DNA of 64,000 nt from Candidatus Acidiferrales bacterium (GCA_035533655.1 DATLTJ010000053.1:6668-70667); one strand, 5' to 3'; positions 1 to 9,952 are shown, counted from the stretch's first letter. Program-made: numbers and translations. The notes: generated from the letters alone by a model not told the origin.

Positions 1-2
1 TT

Positions 3-149
3 CCGGCGGGCTTCCAGACCAGCGAGTTCCATCACGCCAGGGGGCTGATCGACCACGTGGTGGACCGCCGTCAGATGCGCGAGATGCTGACCAAGCTCCT
101 CCGGGTGTTGTCAGCTCCGCCGGGAGACATCGACCAGTCCGCCGCATGA
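3..149 (+). CDS. accD: acetyl-CoA carboxylase carboxyltransferase beta subunit, C-terminal end (partial, runs off the window)
   Basis: Frame 3 is open from the window edge (…FQTSEFHHARGLIDHVVDRRQMREMLTKLLRVL…). Its stop overlaps the accA ATG as ATGA at 146-149. The position directly upstream of accA fits accD. Confidence 0.6.
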   Translation, partial: PAGFQTSEFHHARGLIDHVVDRRQMREMLTKLLRVLSAPPGDIDQSAA

Positions 150-982
150 CCGCTGCCGAAGGCGATGGCAGTGCCACCGTCGAGGAGCAGGCCTCGGCGT
201 GGGCTCAGGTGGAGGGGGCTCGGCATCCCGACCGCCCATATTCCCTGGACCTGATTCAGCGCTGCCTCGACGACTTCATTGAACTCCATGGGGACCGGCA
301 GGGGGGCGACGACGCCGCGATGGTGATCGGTCTCGCCAAGTTGGGGGGACGGCGAATTGGAGTGGTGGCCAATCAGAAAGGCCGCACCCTGGAGGAGCGC
401 GGCCGGCGCAACTTCGGCATGTCCCACCCGGAGGGCTACCGGAAAGCACAGCGTCTCTTCGCTCTGGCCGGCCGGCTCCAGCTACCGGTGGTCAGCTTCA
501 TCGACACCCCCGGGGCCTACCCGGGAGTGGCGGCCGAGGAGCGGGGCCAGGCCTGGGCGATCGCCCAGACCTTAGAGGCGCAGCTGGCCCTGCCCACCCC
601 CTATCTGGCGGTGGTGATCGGCGAGGGGGGGAGCGGTGGCGCACTGGCTACCCTGCTGGCCGACTCGGTGCTGATCCTGGAGCACGCCTTTCTCTCGGTG
701 GCATCGCCGGAGGCGGCGGCCGCGATCCTCTTCCGGGACGCCAATCGTAAGCAGAGTGCGGCGGCGGCGCTGCGCTTGGAAGCCACGAATCTCCTGGAGT
801 GGGGAATCGCGGACGAGATCGTGCCCGAGCCCCCAGGCGGCGCCCATACCGATTGGGACGGCACGGCGGCCCTGCTCCGCCCCCGACTCGAGGCCAAGCT
901 GGACCAGCTCGTTCAGCAGGGAGTCGACCCGGGTCGGCGGCGGGAACGGTATCGGAGGCTGGACGGCCTCTTCCAGGTCTGA
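146..982 (+). CDS. accA: acetyl-CoA carboxylase carboxyltransferase alpha subunit
   Basis: 278 aa. Motifs FIDTPGAYPG and VIGEGGSGGALA are typical of AccA. Confidence 0.9.
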   Translation: MTAAEGDGSATVEEQASAWAQVEGARHPDRPYSLDLIQRCLDDFIELHGDRQGGDDAAMVIGLAKLGGRRIGVVANQKGRTLEERGRRNFGMSHPEGYRKAQRLFALAGRLQLPVVSFIDTPGAYPGVAAEERGQAWAIAQTLEAQLALPTPYLAVVIGEGGSGGALATLLADSVLILEHAFLSVASPEAAAAILFRDANRKQSAAAALRLEATNLLEWGIADEIVPEPPGGAHTDWDGTAALLRPRLEAKLDQLVQQGVDPGRRRERYRRLDGLFQV

Positions 983-992
983 GTCAGAAGGG

Positions 993-2495
993 TCAGCCGG
1001 CGGCCGCCTTCTGCAGTGCGTCCCAGAGGGCGGCGACGTCCTCGGGCTGGGTCCGGATGTTGCCAACCGCAGCTCGCAGCACAAACCGGTCGCCCAGCAC
1101 CGCATGGGAAATGAACGCCTCGCCACCCTGGTTCACCCGGGCCATGATCTCGCGGTTGTGGGCCGTCAGCAGGGCCTCGTCCACGACGCCCGGCGGCAGA
1201 TGGCGAAAGCACACCGTGGCCATGGGAACCGGAGCGCACAGCTCCCAGCCGGGGGTGATCCTGATCCGCCCCCGCAACCAGTGGGCCATCTGGACGTGCT
1301 GGCGGATCAGCTGGGCCAGCCCCTCCTGGCCGTGGTGACGGAGCACGAACCAGAGCTTGAGCGCCCGCATTCGGCGGCCCAGCGAGACGCCGAAGTCCAT
1401 CAGGTTGCGCGCTCCGAAGCCACTCTCCCGGCCCGCCTCCGGAGTGGCCAGGTACTCGGGGACCAAGGAGAAGGCCTGCTTCAGCACCTCGGGACGACTG
1501 GTGTAAAGAACTGAGCAGTCGAGCTGGGTGAAGAGCCACTTGTGGGGGTTGACCACCAGCGAGTCCGCCAGCTCCGTCCCGGCCAGGACCCCCCGCCACT
1601 CCGGCACCACCGCCATCGCCCCGCCGTGCGCGGCGTCGACATGGAGCCAGAGGTGGTACTCCGCGCAGATCTCCGCGATCTCGGAAACCGGATCGATGCT
1701 AGTGGTGGCGGTGGTGCCGACCGTCGCCACCACCGCCACCGGGAGCAGGCCTCGGGCGAGATCCTCATCAACCAGGCGGCGAAGGGCGAGAGCATCCATT
1801 CGGAACTCGGAATCGACCGGGACCCGCCGGAAGCCGTCTCGGCCGAGCCCCAGGGTGATCACTGCCTTCTCAACCGAGGAGTGCGCCTGCACCGAGGCGT
1901 AGACCACGATCTGGGGAAGCTCGGGACGCCCGGACATCCCCCGCTGGCGGATGTCCCGGCCGAGCGCCTCCCGGGCGGCGGCCAGCGCCACCAAGGTTGA
2001 GGCGGAGGCCGTGTCGTTGATGTGCCCGTCAAAGTTGTCCGGCAGCCCCATCATCCGAGCCAGCCATCGGCAGACCACGAACTCCAACTCGGTCGCGGCG
2101 GGCGAGGTGCGCCAGAGCATGGCGTTGACGTTGAGCCCCGCAGTGAGCATCTCCCCCAAGATTCCCGCCGCCGAGCCGGAGCTGGTGAAGTAGGCGAAGA
2201 AGCGGGGATGGGCCCAGTGGGTGATCCCCGGCAGAAGCAGCCGGTCGACGTCCCGCAGGATCTGGTCCATCGGCTCGCCTTGGAGGGGAGCCTCGAGGGG
2301 CAGGGCGCTGGCGAGCTCGCCAGGCTGGGCCCGCGAGAGCGGCGGCAGACTGGGGAGGCGTTCCAGGTAGTCCGCGATCTGGTCGACGGTAGTGTGGGCC
2401 AGTGCGCGGAACTCGGCCGGCTCCATGTCCGTGAGGAAACCACCCATCTCCGGCATAGGCTCGGCGGCGCCTCCGTCGGACAGTGGGGGGGTCAC
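993..2495 (-). CDS. group II pyridoxal-dependent (aromatic-L-amino-acid/DDC-type) decarboxylase
   Basis: 500 aa. It has HWAHPRFFAYF, the PLP-lysine motif VVNPHKW and LHVDAAHGG. Substrate cannot be told from sequence. Confidence 0.85.
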   Translation of the reverse strand: MTPPLSDGGAAEPMPEMGGFLTDMEPAEFRALAHTTVDQIADYLERLPSLPPLSRAQPGELASALPLEAPLQGEPMDQILRDVDRLLLPGITHWAHPRFFAYFTSSGSAAGILGEMLTAGLNVNAMLWRTSPAATELEFVVCRWLARMMGLPDNFDGHINDTASASTLVALAAAREALGRDIRQRGMSGRPELPQIVVYASVQAHSSVEKAVITLGLGRDGFRRVPVDSEFRMDALALRRLVDEDLARGLLPVAVVATVGTTATTSIDPVSEIAEICAEYHLWLHVDAAHGGAMAVVPEWRGVLAGTELADSLVVNPHKWLFTQLDCSVLYTSRPEVLKQAFSLVPEYLATPEAGRESGFGARNLMDFGVSLGRRMRALKLWFVLRHHGQEGLAQLIRQHVQMAHWLRGRIRITPGWELCAPVPMATVCFRHLPPGVVDEALLTAHNREIMARVNQGGEAFISHAVLGDRFVLRAAVGNIRTQPEDVAALWDALQKAAAG

Positions 2496-2505
2496 GGCTG
2501 CTAGC

Positions 2506-3282
2506 TCAGACGCTGGCGACCGCGCGCGCTCCGTCGAACGCCTCGATGACCTGGCGAACCTGCCCCTCGGCGCCGAGGGGGATCACATGGAGGCGCAGCC
2601 CCGGACGCCGCCCGATCTCGGCGGCAAGCTCGGTAGCCACCACGACTCCCTGGCCCTCGCGAATCCGCTGGGCCAGCGAGTCCGGCACCGGGCAATTGGG
2701 AATCGCGCGCTGGACGAAGTCGAGGTTGCGGGCGGCCCGGAGAATGCCCACGCTGACGAAGATCCCGAGCTGCGGCGGCAGGATGGTGCCCGCCTCTCGA
2801 AGGAAGTCCTCGAAGAGCAACAGGTCGAAGACCATCTGAGTCTGGATGAAGTCAACTCCGGCCGCGATCTTCCGCTCCAGCAGAGCGAGCTCGCGCTGCC
2901 GGTCGGCGAAGGGGTTGACCACCGCGCCCCGCAGAACTCGATTGGGCGCCGCCCACTCCGGTACCAGACGGATGACCTCGGTCGCCTTCATGGCGGAGTC
3001 GACCGCCAGGCCACCCCGGCGGTCCCCCTGCACCACCAGCACCCCGGCGGCTCCCAAAGCCGAGGCTCCCGCCACCTGCTGGTGCAGTCCTAGCTGATTC
3101 CGATCCCGGCACGAGAGGTGCAACACGGGACGGAGCCCGAAGCGGAGGCAGTCGGGGATGGCGGCTAGCGGGGAGAGGCGGGCTCGGCCCATGTGGTTGT
3201 CGGTGAGCCCAACTAGGTTGACTGCCCCATTGAGGTGGGTCAGGGCCCGCTGCACCAACACCAGGTTGGCGCCTCTGGGCAT
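2506..3282 (-). CDS. metF: methylenetetrahydrofolate reductase
   Basis: MetF-like stretch (VDFIQTQMVFD, LSCRDRN). I trimmed the ORF to the ATG at 3282 because the longer form overlaps the divergent ABC gene. The start is uncertain. Confidence 0.75.
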   Translation of the reverse strand: MPRGANLVLVQRALTHLNGAVNLVGLTDNHMGRARLSPLAAIPDCLRFGLRPVLHLSCRDRNQLGLHQQVAGASALGAAGVLVVQGDRRGGLAVDSAMKATEVIRLVPEWAAPNRVLRGAVVNPFADRQRELALLERKIAAGVDFIQTQMVFDLLLFEDFLREAGTILPPQLGIFVSVGILRAARNLDFVQRAIPNCPVPDSLAQRIREGQGVVVATELAAEIGRRPGLRLHVIPLGAEGQVRQVIEAFDGARAVASV

Positions 3283-3421
3283 GGAGAGTTCAGCCGAGCG
3301 GTGAGCAGTGGCTAACAAGATCCCGTCAATATATGGGAGGTGCACGATAGGACGACGATTCGCCGCCGAAGTGGCGCGGCGTTCACACGCTGGGCTGAGG
3401 TGGGGTGGGTCGGCGGGATTC

Positions 3422-4174
3422 GTGACTGAGACCGGCACCGCGGCCACCGCCCGGCCAGTTCCCAGCGGCTCGGGCACCCCGGTCCTCGAGGCGCGGCACC
3501 TGGGCCGCTCCCTGCCCCTGGGTGGCGAATTGCTGGAGATCCTGCGCGACGTCAGCTTCAGCATTCATCGCGGCGAGTTCGTCACCCTGGCCGGACCCTC
3601 GGGCAGCGGCAAGAGCACCCTCCTGGGCTGCATCACCGGCCTGGACAGCCCCACCACCGGGCAGGTCCTGCTCAACGGCACCGACATCTCCACCATGCGA
3701 GAGTCTCAGCTGGCCGGGATTCGCAACCGCACGGTCGGAATGGTCTTTCAGGCCTTCAACCTGATCCCCACCCTGACTGCCCGGGAGAACGTCGAGGTCC
3801 CGCTCTACGCCGGCAGCTGGCATGGCTCGCCCTCGGATCGGGCGGAGGAGCTGCTGGGATTGGTGGGACTGAGCCACCGCCTCGAGCACCGGCCGAACCA
3901 GCTCTCCGGCGGAGAGCAGCAGCGGGTGGCGATCGCCCGAGCCCTGGCCACCGAGCCACCCCTCTTGGTGGCGGATGAGCCCACCGGGAACTTGGCCGCC
4001 GCCCAAGGCAAGGAGATTCTGGACCTACTGTGGGACCTCCGGGAGCGGCTGGGCACCACCTTGGTGATCGCGACCCACGACCGCACGGTAGGCGAGTACG
4101 CCACCCGCTGGCTACAGCTGGCAGACGGGGCTTTGATCAGCGACAGCCTAGGCCCCCGGGCCGGCTCCCGGTGA
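3422..4174 (+). CDS. ABC transporter ATP-binding protein (MacB/LolD-like)
   Basis: Walker A GPSGSGKST, signature LSGGEQQRVAIARAL and Walker B LLVADEPTGNL. I prefer the GTG at 3422 over the ATG at 3308, which would leave only 25 nt to the divergent metF. Confidence 0.85.
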   Translation: MTETGTAATARPVPSGSGTPVLEARHLGRSLPLGGELLEILRDVSFSIHRGEFVTLAGPSGSGKSTLLGCITGLDSPTTGQVLLNGTDISTMRESQLAGIRNRTVGMVFQAFNLIPTLTARENVEVPLYAGSWHGSPSDRAEELLGLVGLSHRLEHRPNQLSGGEQQRVAIARALATEPPLLVADEPTGNLAAAQGKEILDLLWDLRERLGTTLVIATHDRTVGEYATRWLQLADGALISDSLGPRAGSR

Positions 4175-6909
4175 AGGCGGGACTCTACTTCCGCTACTCG
4201 ACTCGCTCGCTGCGCCGGGGCGGCAATCGGACGGTGCTGGCGGGCTTCTGTGTCGGGGTCGGCGTGATGGCAATCGTCGGCCTCCAGCTGGCCGCCGCCA
4301 TGGTCACTGCCTCACTCACCGCGAACGTCCGCTCCGCTAATGGGGGCGACGTCTCGGTCGTCTCAGTCGCTGTGCCGTTCCCAGCCAGTCAACTCAACCT
4401 CTTCCAGAAGCTCCGCACCCAGGGGCGGATCACCGGCTACACCGCGGTCCGGGAGATCTCCGCGACCCTGATCCGACCCAACGGCGAGGGGGTCTCGGCG
4501 ACCATCGACTCGGTCAACCCCGGCCAATTCCCGCTGGTGGGCGACCTCCCGCTGCGGTCGGGGGCGCTGGGGAACTTTCACCAACTGATCACCCGTTCCC
4601 ACACGATGGTGCTCTCCGGTGCGGTCGCCAGCCTCCTGGGAGTCAAGGTAGGGCAGCTGGTGCCGGTGAACGTCCCCCAGGCTAAGGGAGCGGTCAAGTG
4701 GACTGTGGGCGGAACTCTCTCCGGCGCAGCCCCCGCCGGCCTCACCGACGAGATCCTGGTCTCCAACTCCCAGCTCCAGAGCGTGCTGGGCTCCGGCGGC
4801 AAGCCGGAGTACGGGGCGGTCTATGTAACCACCAAGACCTCCGCCGACGCCGAGACGGTGGCGACCACGCTGCGAAACCAGATGCCGCTGGCCACGGTGT
4901 CGACAGTCAAGCAGGCGCTCAACTCCGACAAGAAGGCCAGCCAAAACCTGACCCAGTTTCTCTCGGTGGCCGGGCTGGCCGCGCTCCTGATCGGGGGGAT
5001 TGGGATCGTCAATGCCATGCAGGTGAGCTTGGCTCGGCGCCGGCTCGAGATCGCCATGCTCAAGACGACCGGCTACCGCCGCCGCGACCTTTACCTGCTC
5101 TTCGGCCTGGAGGCGGGCCTGCTGGGGCTGGTCGGAGGGGTGGCGGGCGCCGCCGCCGGGATTGCCCTGTCGGACGCGGTCCGAGTCTTGGTTCAGAACG
5201 TCGCCACCGTCGAGATCAAATTCGTGCTCAGCCCCGAGGTGATCCTGGCCGGGGTAGGCATCGGGGTCGCCACCACCTGCATCTTCGCCATCCTGCCGAT
5301 CGTCCGACTCAGTCGGGTGCGGCCCGTGGCCGTGCTGCGGGACATGCCCGGTGGCCCCACGGCCGGGGTGGTGGGCTCCAGTCTCGCCCTACTCGCTCTG
5401 GTGGCCGCGCTCTTCTGGCTGCTGGCCTCGGCGATCCTCGGCTCCCCCTGGCTCGCCCTCTGGTTGGTGCTCGGCACCGGAGTGGCACTGGCGCTGCTGA
5501 CCCTGATCTTCAGCGTGGCCCTCGTCGTGGTGGGCCGCTTGCCGGTGCCCGAGCGGCTGAGCCCCTCCTACGTGCTCTTGGTCGGGTTGGCGCTCCTGAT
5601 CTCGATCGGGATCGCCCTGCTGCCCAGTCTGCGCGCCGTCGGGGCCCTCCTGATCGCCGCCGCCCTGCTGGGCTTCATCGTGGTCTACCTGCCCCGGCCG
5701 GCGCGTTCGGTGATCCGGCTGGCCCTGCGCAACTCGGCCCGCGAGCGCACTCGCACCGCCGCCACCGCTGTCGCCCTCTTCGTGGGGGTTTTCGCGGTCG
5801 GTCTGATCTTGGTCCTGGGCACCGACATCCGGAGCGACCTGGACAGCTTCATCACCAAGGCCACCACCTACAACGTGATCGCGGTGGCCCCCACTACGAA
5901 CGCGGCCCCCCTGCTCAAAGCGGCGTCCACTCTGCATAGCACAGAGGAGCTCTCGACCGTGGCTGCGTTGACCGCCCCCATCTCCATCAACGGCCACCCC
6001 TTCGATCAGGTCGGGACCAGCTCCAGTCACCGAGGCCGGGCCCAAGATGCCCTCTTCCTCCTGAGCGGGATCCAGGGATTCCCGGTGGAGAACGGAGTCT
6101 TTCCCCAGGTGGACGTCACCAGCGGTCGCCCGCTGCGCGCCAGTGATATCGCCAGCAACGGGGTGCTGCTGAGCTCGGCTTTACGCCAGGCTCCGTACCG
6201 CCTCAGACCTGGGGACACGGTCACCGTAACCAATCCTTTCGCGGACCACCCGACGCAGGTGACCTTGAAGGTGGTCGGCTTCTACATCCCCATCGTGACC
6301 AAAGGCAAGGGGATCGCCTTCAGCACTACCGAGGCCCCCATCCTGGGCGTGACCGCGACGGCGGTCGCGGTCGGGGGCAGCGCGATCGACCAGGTCGTGG
6401 AGCTCAAGTTCCCGCCCAGTCGCGCTGCGGCGGCCGCCACCCAGCTGCGCAAGGCTGATCCCTCCGCCCAGGTGGTAAACCTGGCGGACTTCACCCTCAT
6501 CATCGACCAGTTCCTCAACAACGCCATCCTCTTCTTGACCGCCATCGCCTCCCTGGCTCTCTTGGCCGGGATTGTGATCGTCGCTAACTCGGTCGCGCTC
6601 TCTCTGCTCGAGCGCCGGCGCGAGATCGGCATCCAAAAGGCGGTGGGGCTCAGCAGCCGGGCCGTCTACGTTCAGGTGTTGGTGGAGACCGCGACCGTCG
6701 CCTGGCTGGGAGCCACCTTCGGCATGGCCGCGATCGCCCTGGTCTTGGTACCGCTTGGAAAGCTGGTGCTCAAGGTCACGCTGGGCATCCCCACTCCGCT
6801 GGCCCTGGCCATCGTCCTGGGCGCAATCCTGGTCGCGGTCGGTACCGCCGCCCTGGTCGCATGGCGGCCGGTTAGGGTGCGTCCCCTGGAGGTTCTGCGT
6901 TACGAGTAG
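4171..6909 (+). CDS. ABC transporter permease with two FtsX-type domains
   Basis: About 913 aa with multiple TM stretches at both ends and a large extracytoplasmic middle. The GTG at 4171 overlaps the ATPase stop (GTGA). Confidence 0.8.
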   Translation: MKAGLYFRYSTRSLRRGGNRTVLAGFCVGVGVMAIVGLQLAAAMVTASLTANVRSANGGDVSVVSVAVPFPASQLNLFQKLRTQGRITGYTAVREISATLIRPNGEGVSATIDSVNPGQFPLVGDLPLRSGALGNFHQLITRSHTMVLSGAVASLLGVKVGQLVPVNVPQAKGAVKWTVGGTLSGAAPAGLTDEILVSNSQLQSVLGSGGKPEYGAVYVTTKTSADAETVATTLRNQMPLATVSTVKQALNSDKKASQNLTQFLSVAGLAALLIGGIGIVNAMQVSLARRRLEIAMLKTTGYRRRDLYLLFGLEAGLLGLVGGVAGAAAGIALSDAVRVLVQNVATVEIKFVLSPEVILAGVGIGVATTCIFAILPIVRLSRVRPVAVLRDMPGGPTAGVVGSSLALLALVAALFWLLASAILGSPWLALWLVLGTGVALALLTLIFSVALVVVGRLPVPERLSPSYVLLVGLALLISIGIALLPSLRAVGALLIAAALLGFIVVYLPRPARSVIRLALRNSARERTRTAATAVALFVGVFAVGLILVLGTDIRSDLDSFITKATTYNVIAVAPTTNAAPLLKAASTLHSTEELSTVAALTAPISINGHPFDQVGTSSSHRGRAQDALFLLSGIQGFPVENGVFPQVDVTSGRPLRASDIASNGVLLSSALRQAPYRLRPGDTVTVTNPFADHPTQVTLKVVGFYIPIVTKGKGIAFSTTEAPILGVTATAVAVGGSAIDQVVELKFPPSRAAAAATQLRKADPSAQVVNLADFTLIIDQFLNNAILFLTAIASLALLAGIVIVANSVALSLLERRREIGIQKAVGLSSRAVYVQVLVETATVAWLGATFGMAAIALVLVPLGKLVLKVTLGIPTPLALAIVLGAILVAVGTAALVAWRPVRVRPLEVLRYE

Positions 6910-7561
6910 GCCGAGCCGACGAGCACGCGGTGAGTTGTCGCGCTGCCGAGCCTCGACGGGACGTTTAGCTGAGTACAGCGCGGCGGTCGAGCAGTCCCCG
7001 GAGACAACCGTCGCGCAAACGGGCGGTCGCTAAATCAGTGATCTTTCCATAATCAGATTAATCGCCTCCCGCCTCGTCGTGCGTCCGGCGCAACGCCAAG
7101 TAATCAAACGACAACCCAAGCGGTGCGGCCGACCCCGGTCGCGGCTCGACTCAGCAGTCCACCGTAGTGCATCCGCGCCTTACCCGATGGGGGTGCACGG
7201 CCCGCATTAATTCGGTCCCGTCGCCTTCGCGACGATGCTGGCGAGCAACGAACAGAAGATCGGTCCTCCCACCCGGGTTTGTCTCCGAGGAAACAGAGTG
7301 GGCCAGCGGACCCAACCGCTGGGGACCGCCTTCGCGGGTCAGCGCTTAGCAGGCGGAACCAGCACGCATCTCCTCCTGCCACAGGTAGCTCGGCCCCTCG
7401 TCGGGAGACAGACGTCGCCCGCCAGCTGGGCTCGGCGACAACGTCTCCTGGCGGGGATTGTCCGCGTTGACCAGCTCATGAAATCGCTTTACCGCATGGG
7501 GAAATTCCTACGCGCTCTCGAGCGCGAGCCGCTCCCTCGCCAGCCTTTCTGACGGTACCAT

Positions 7562-7591
7562 CAGACACCTTACCGACAGACACCTTACCGA
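7562..7591. repeat. perfect tandem direct repeat, 2 x 15 bp (cagacaccttaccga)
   Basis: Read directly at 7562-7576 and 7577-7591. It lies inside an ORF-poor spacer about 120 nt upstream of the 7714 ORF. Confidence 0.9.
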
Positions 7592-7713
7592 GTCGCCGCC
7601 GTCCGAGGACTCGCACCCGGACCCTTGACGATCGCTGGCGAGTCGTGTATGACCCGTGCGAAGGTCAATAGCCCCGAGTCCGCCGACGGACTGACCCGCG
7701 GAGTGGAGGCGCC

Positions 7714-8154
7714 TTGAACATCCCGTTCGTTGAAGTTTCGCTAACCCGCCTCCTCTTGAGCACGAGGACCCTCGGTCTGGCCGCGATTGGCTTGGCGGCT
7801 GGCGCCGGGGTCTTGACGGGGTCGGAGTTATATCTGGCGCTGCAGGCAGCCGGCGCCCTGCTGGCCCACGGCGACCTCTATTTCTGGCCGGTTGTGCTGG
7901 GACTGATCGGACTGGCGCTGGATGTGGGAGCGGCTGGAGTCGCCGTCATCGGCGGTGGGCTGATGCTCCTAAAACGTCGCACCGGCCGGCGACTGGTGGT
8001 AGCGGCTCTGGCTGCCGGAATCGCCGGCGAGAGCGTGTTGGCCTTCGTCAACCGGGGGCAGTTCACTCAAACCACATCGGCCATTTGGATCGGGCTGCTG
8101 GTCGGCGCCTACATCCTGCTAATCGTCAGCGCCATCGTCCAGCGCCGACGCTGA
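7714..8154 (+). CDS. hypothetical integral membrane protein
   Basis: 146 aa with a TTG start. It has four hydrophobic Gly/Ala-rich segments and matches no recognisable family. Confidence 0.5.
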   Translation: MNIPFVEVSLTRLLLSTRTLGLAAIGLAAGAGVLTGSELYLALQAAGALLAHGDLYFWPVVLGLIGLALDVGAAGVAVIGGGLMLLKRRTGRRLVVAALAAGIAGESVLAFVNRGQFTQTTSAIWIGLLVGAYILLIVSAIVQRRR

Positions 8155-8252
8155 TCGACGGCCGCGAACCAAATCGACCCTCCGGGACCCGCGGCATCCT
8201 CGACCAGCACCTCGGTCGGCCGGATGGGGACCATCCGACCCTAGCCGGCGGG

Positions 8253-8717
8253 TCAACCCCGGGGAGCTGCCCCCGCCTGCCGGCGGCCGATCCGCTCCGC
8301 CGCCGCCGAGATCACGACGGGAGCCGCCATCCGGGCGACTCGGAGAGCCAGGTTGGTCCCCAGAGACCGGCGGTACGGCTTGCCGGACCGCCCCAGTTGC
8401 AGGGGCAGCGGGCCCTCGGCGGCCGCCTCGGCCAATAGATCCTGCAGCCGCTCGCGCCACTCCTGGGGCATCTGGGCGATCCAATCAACGCCGGCCAGAC
8501 CCTCGGCTCGGTGGCGGCGCCGCGAGCGGGTGACATAAACCGCTCCCACCAGGACCACCACCGCCAGTCCGGCGGCCAGCTTGGGTCCGTCTCGCCGCAG
8601 CCGTTGCCGGGGGTCGAGGTCGTAGCGCAGACGAGCTTCGAGGCGGTCGGCGCTCGCTTCCACCCGCCCGCGGGTGGCGACTACGGCCTGACGCGCTTGC
8701 TCAGTCGACGTGCCCAC
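8253..8717 (-). CDS. hypothetical protein, DUF3618-like
   Basis: 154 aa. An N-terminal helical segment (EQARQAVVATRGRVEASADRLEARL) is followed by one TM segment. It pairs with the Holin-X-like gene, as is commonly seen in high-GC Gram-positives. Confidence 0.5.
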   Translation of the reverse strand: MGTSTEQARQAVVATRGRVEASADRLEARLRYDLDPRQRLRRDGPKLAAGLAVVVLVGAVYVTRSRRRHRAEGLAGVDWIAQMPQEWRERLQDLLAEAAAEGPLPLQLGRSGKPYRRSLGTNLALRVARMAAPVVISAAAERIGRRQAGAAPRG

Positions 8718-9073
8718 TCGAGGTCCTCTTCAAGGCTGGCCTTGGTCGCTTTAAACGGCCATAGCCGGCGATTGGCCCAGATCACCACTGCCCCCACCAG
8801 CAGGAGCGCCAGTCCCACCAGGCCAATCACCCCGGCAACCAAAGTGTGGTTGGGTTGCCATTCAACCAGGGTCGCCAGCGCGAATATCAGGAACAGGCTG
8901 GCCCCCAGCATCGCCACGACGGCCCCCAGGGCGACTCGGATGCCCCGCCGGACGGCGGCCTTGAGCTCGGCCTTGGCCAGCGCAACCTCGTCCGTGACCA
9001 GTTGCCGGACATCGTCGGTGAGGCCGTGGACCAATTCCACGACGGTCTGCTCCGGCGCTTCAGGGCTGACCAT
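8681..9073 (-). CDS. putative Holin-X / phage holin family 3-like membrane protein
   Basis: LVTDEVALAKAELK is followed by two TM segments. I prefer the ATG at 9073 to 9121, leaving a spacer to the divergent otsB. Confidence 0.55.
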   Translation of the reverse strand: MVSPEAPEQTVVELVHGLTDDVRQLVTDEVALAKAELKAAVRRGIRVALGAVVAMLGASLFLIFALATLVEWQPNHTLVAGVIGLVGLALLLVGAVVIWANRRLWPFKATKASLEEDLEWARRLSKRVRP

Positions 9074-9127
9074 CCCTGCAGCGTAGCGGATCGGGGCTCG
9101 CGCTTCCGCGCCGCCTATCATCAGGGC

Positions 9128-9952
9128 GTGCCCGGCCCTCTTCCGCAGTCCCTCGAAGACCTGGCCGGCCCTCTCGTGCGCCTGGCCCGCTCCGGCAGCC
9201 TCTTGGTGGCGACCGACTTCGATGGCACCCTGGCCCCGGTCGTCAGGAACCCTCGCCGGGCCCGACCCCTACCGGAAGCCGCCGCAGCGCTCACCGCGCT
9301 CGCCCTCCGGACTCCGGTCGCCGTGATCAGCGGCCGCGACCTGGCCAACCTCTTCGTCCAGTGCCTCCTACCGGGCGTCCTGCTCCTCGGCAGCTACGGC
9401 CTGGAGCCCTGGCAGGAAGCGGGGAGCCTACCCCGCCCGCTACCCCCCTCCAACCCCTCGCCCCGCCTGAGGCGCATCGCGGCCGAGCTGAAAGAGTCGC
9501 TGCGGGACCGGGCCGGAGTCGAGGTCGAGATCAAGACCCTGGGGGTCGCGGTGCACTATCGCAACGCCCCGGCACGCCACGCGGCGGGCCTGGAGCTCCG
9601 CCGTATCCTCTCTCTCGTCTCCCAGCGGGAAGAGCTGGAGCTCCTCCGAGGCCGGCGGGTCCTGGAGCTGCGCGACCGCCACGCCGGCGACAAGGGAACC
9701 GCCCTAGTCCAGCTGCTCGACCGGATCTCACCCCGAGGCTGCGTGTTCGCCGGTGACGACCTGGGGGACCTGCCGGCGATGGTCCAGCTGCACCGCCGGG
9801 CCCCCGCCCTGGAGTTGGCACTGGCCTTGGGGGTGCTGAGCCCAGAGACTCCTGATCAGGTTCGCGAGGAGGCGGATGTCTGCCTCAATGGTCCCGAGGA
9901 GTGGGCGAGGCTGCTGGCCGGGGTTGTGGAGGAGTTGGCGAAGGCCGCCTGA
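9128..9952 (+). CDS. otsB: trehalose-6-phosphate phosphatase
   Basis: HAD motif I (LVATDFDGTLAP), KGTAL and a late GDD motif. GTG start at 9128; the longer ORF is a shadow over the holin-like gene. Confidence 0.8.
   Translation: MPGPLPQSLEDLAGPLVRLARSGSLLVATDFDGTLAPVVRNPRRARPLPEAAAALTALALRTPVAVISGRDLANLFVQCLLPGVLLLGSYGLEPWQEAGSLPRPLPPSNPSPRLRRIAAELKESLRDRAGVEVEIKTLGVAVHYRNAPARHAAGLELRRILSLVSQREELELLRGRRVLELRDRHAGDKGTALVQLLDRISPRGCVFAGDDLGDLPAMVQLHRRAPALELALALGVLSPETPDQVREEADVCLNGPEEWARLLAGVVEELAKAA

Noticed and set aside
4698-5939. 413-aa plus-strand ORF in another frame of the permease gene
   Set aside because: It is an Arg/Gly/Pro-rich shadow frame. The permease frame has coherent TM segments.
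7104-7552. Short ORFs (92, 105 and 63 aa) inside the 6.9-7.7 kb spacer
   Set aside because: They are mutually overlapping, Arg/Pro/Gly-rich and have no motifs, so they are not supportable as genes.
6910-7713. Known housekeeping ncRNA (RNase P, tmRNA, SRP, 6S) or c-di-AMP riboswitch in the long spacer
   Set aside because: I found none of the conserved cores by eye: GAGGAAAGUCCGGGC, a tRNA-like TTCGA…CCACCA end, GGAAGCAGCC, or AGCUAACC.
8846-9127. Long form of the otsB ORF (368 aa)
   Set aside because: The first 94 codons are antisense to the Holin-X-like gene. HAD homology starts after the GTG at 9128.
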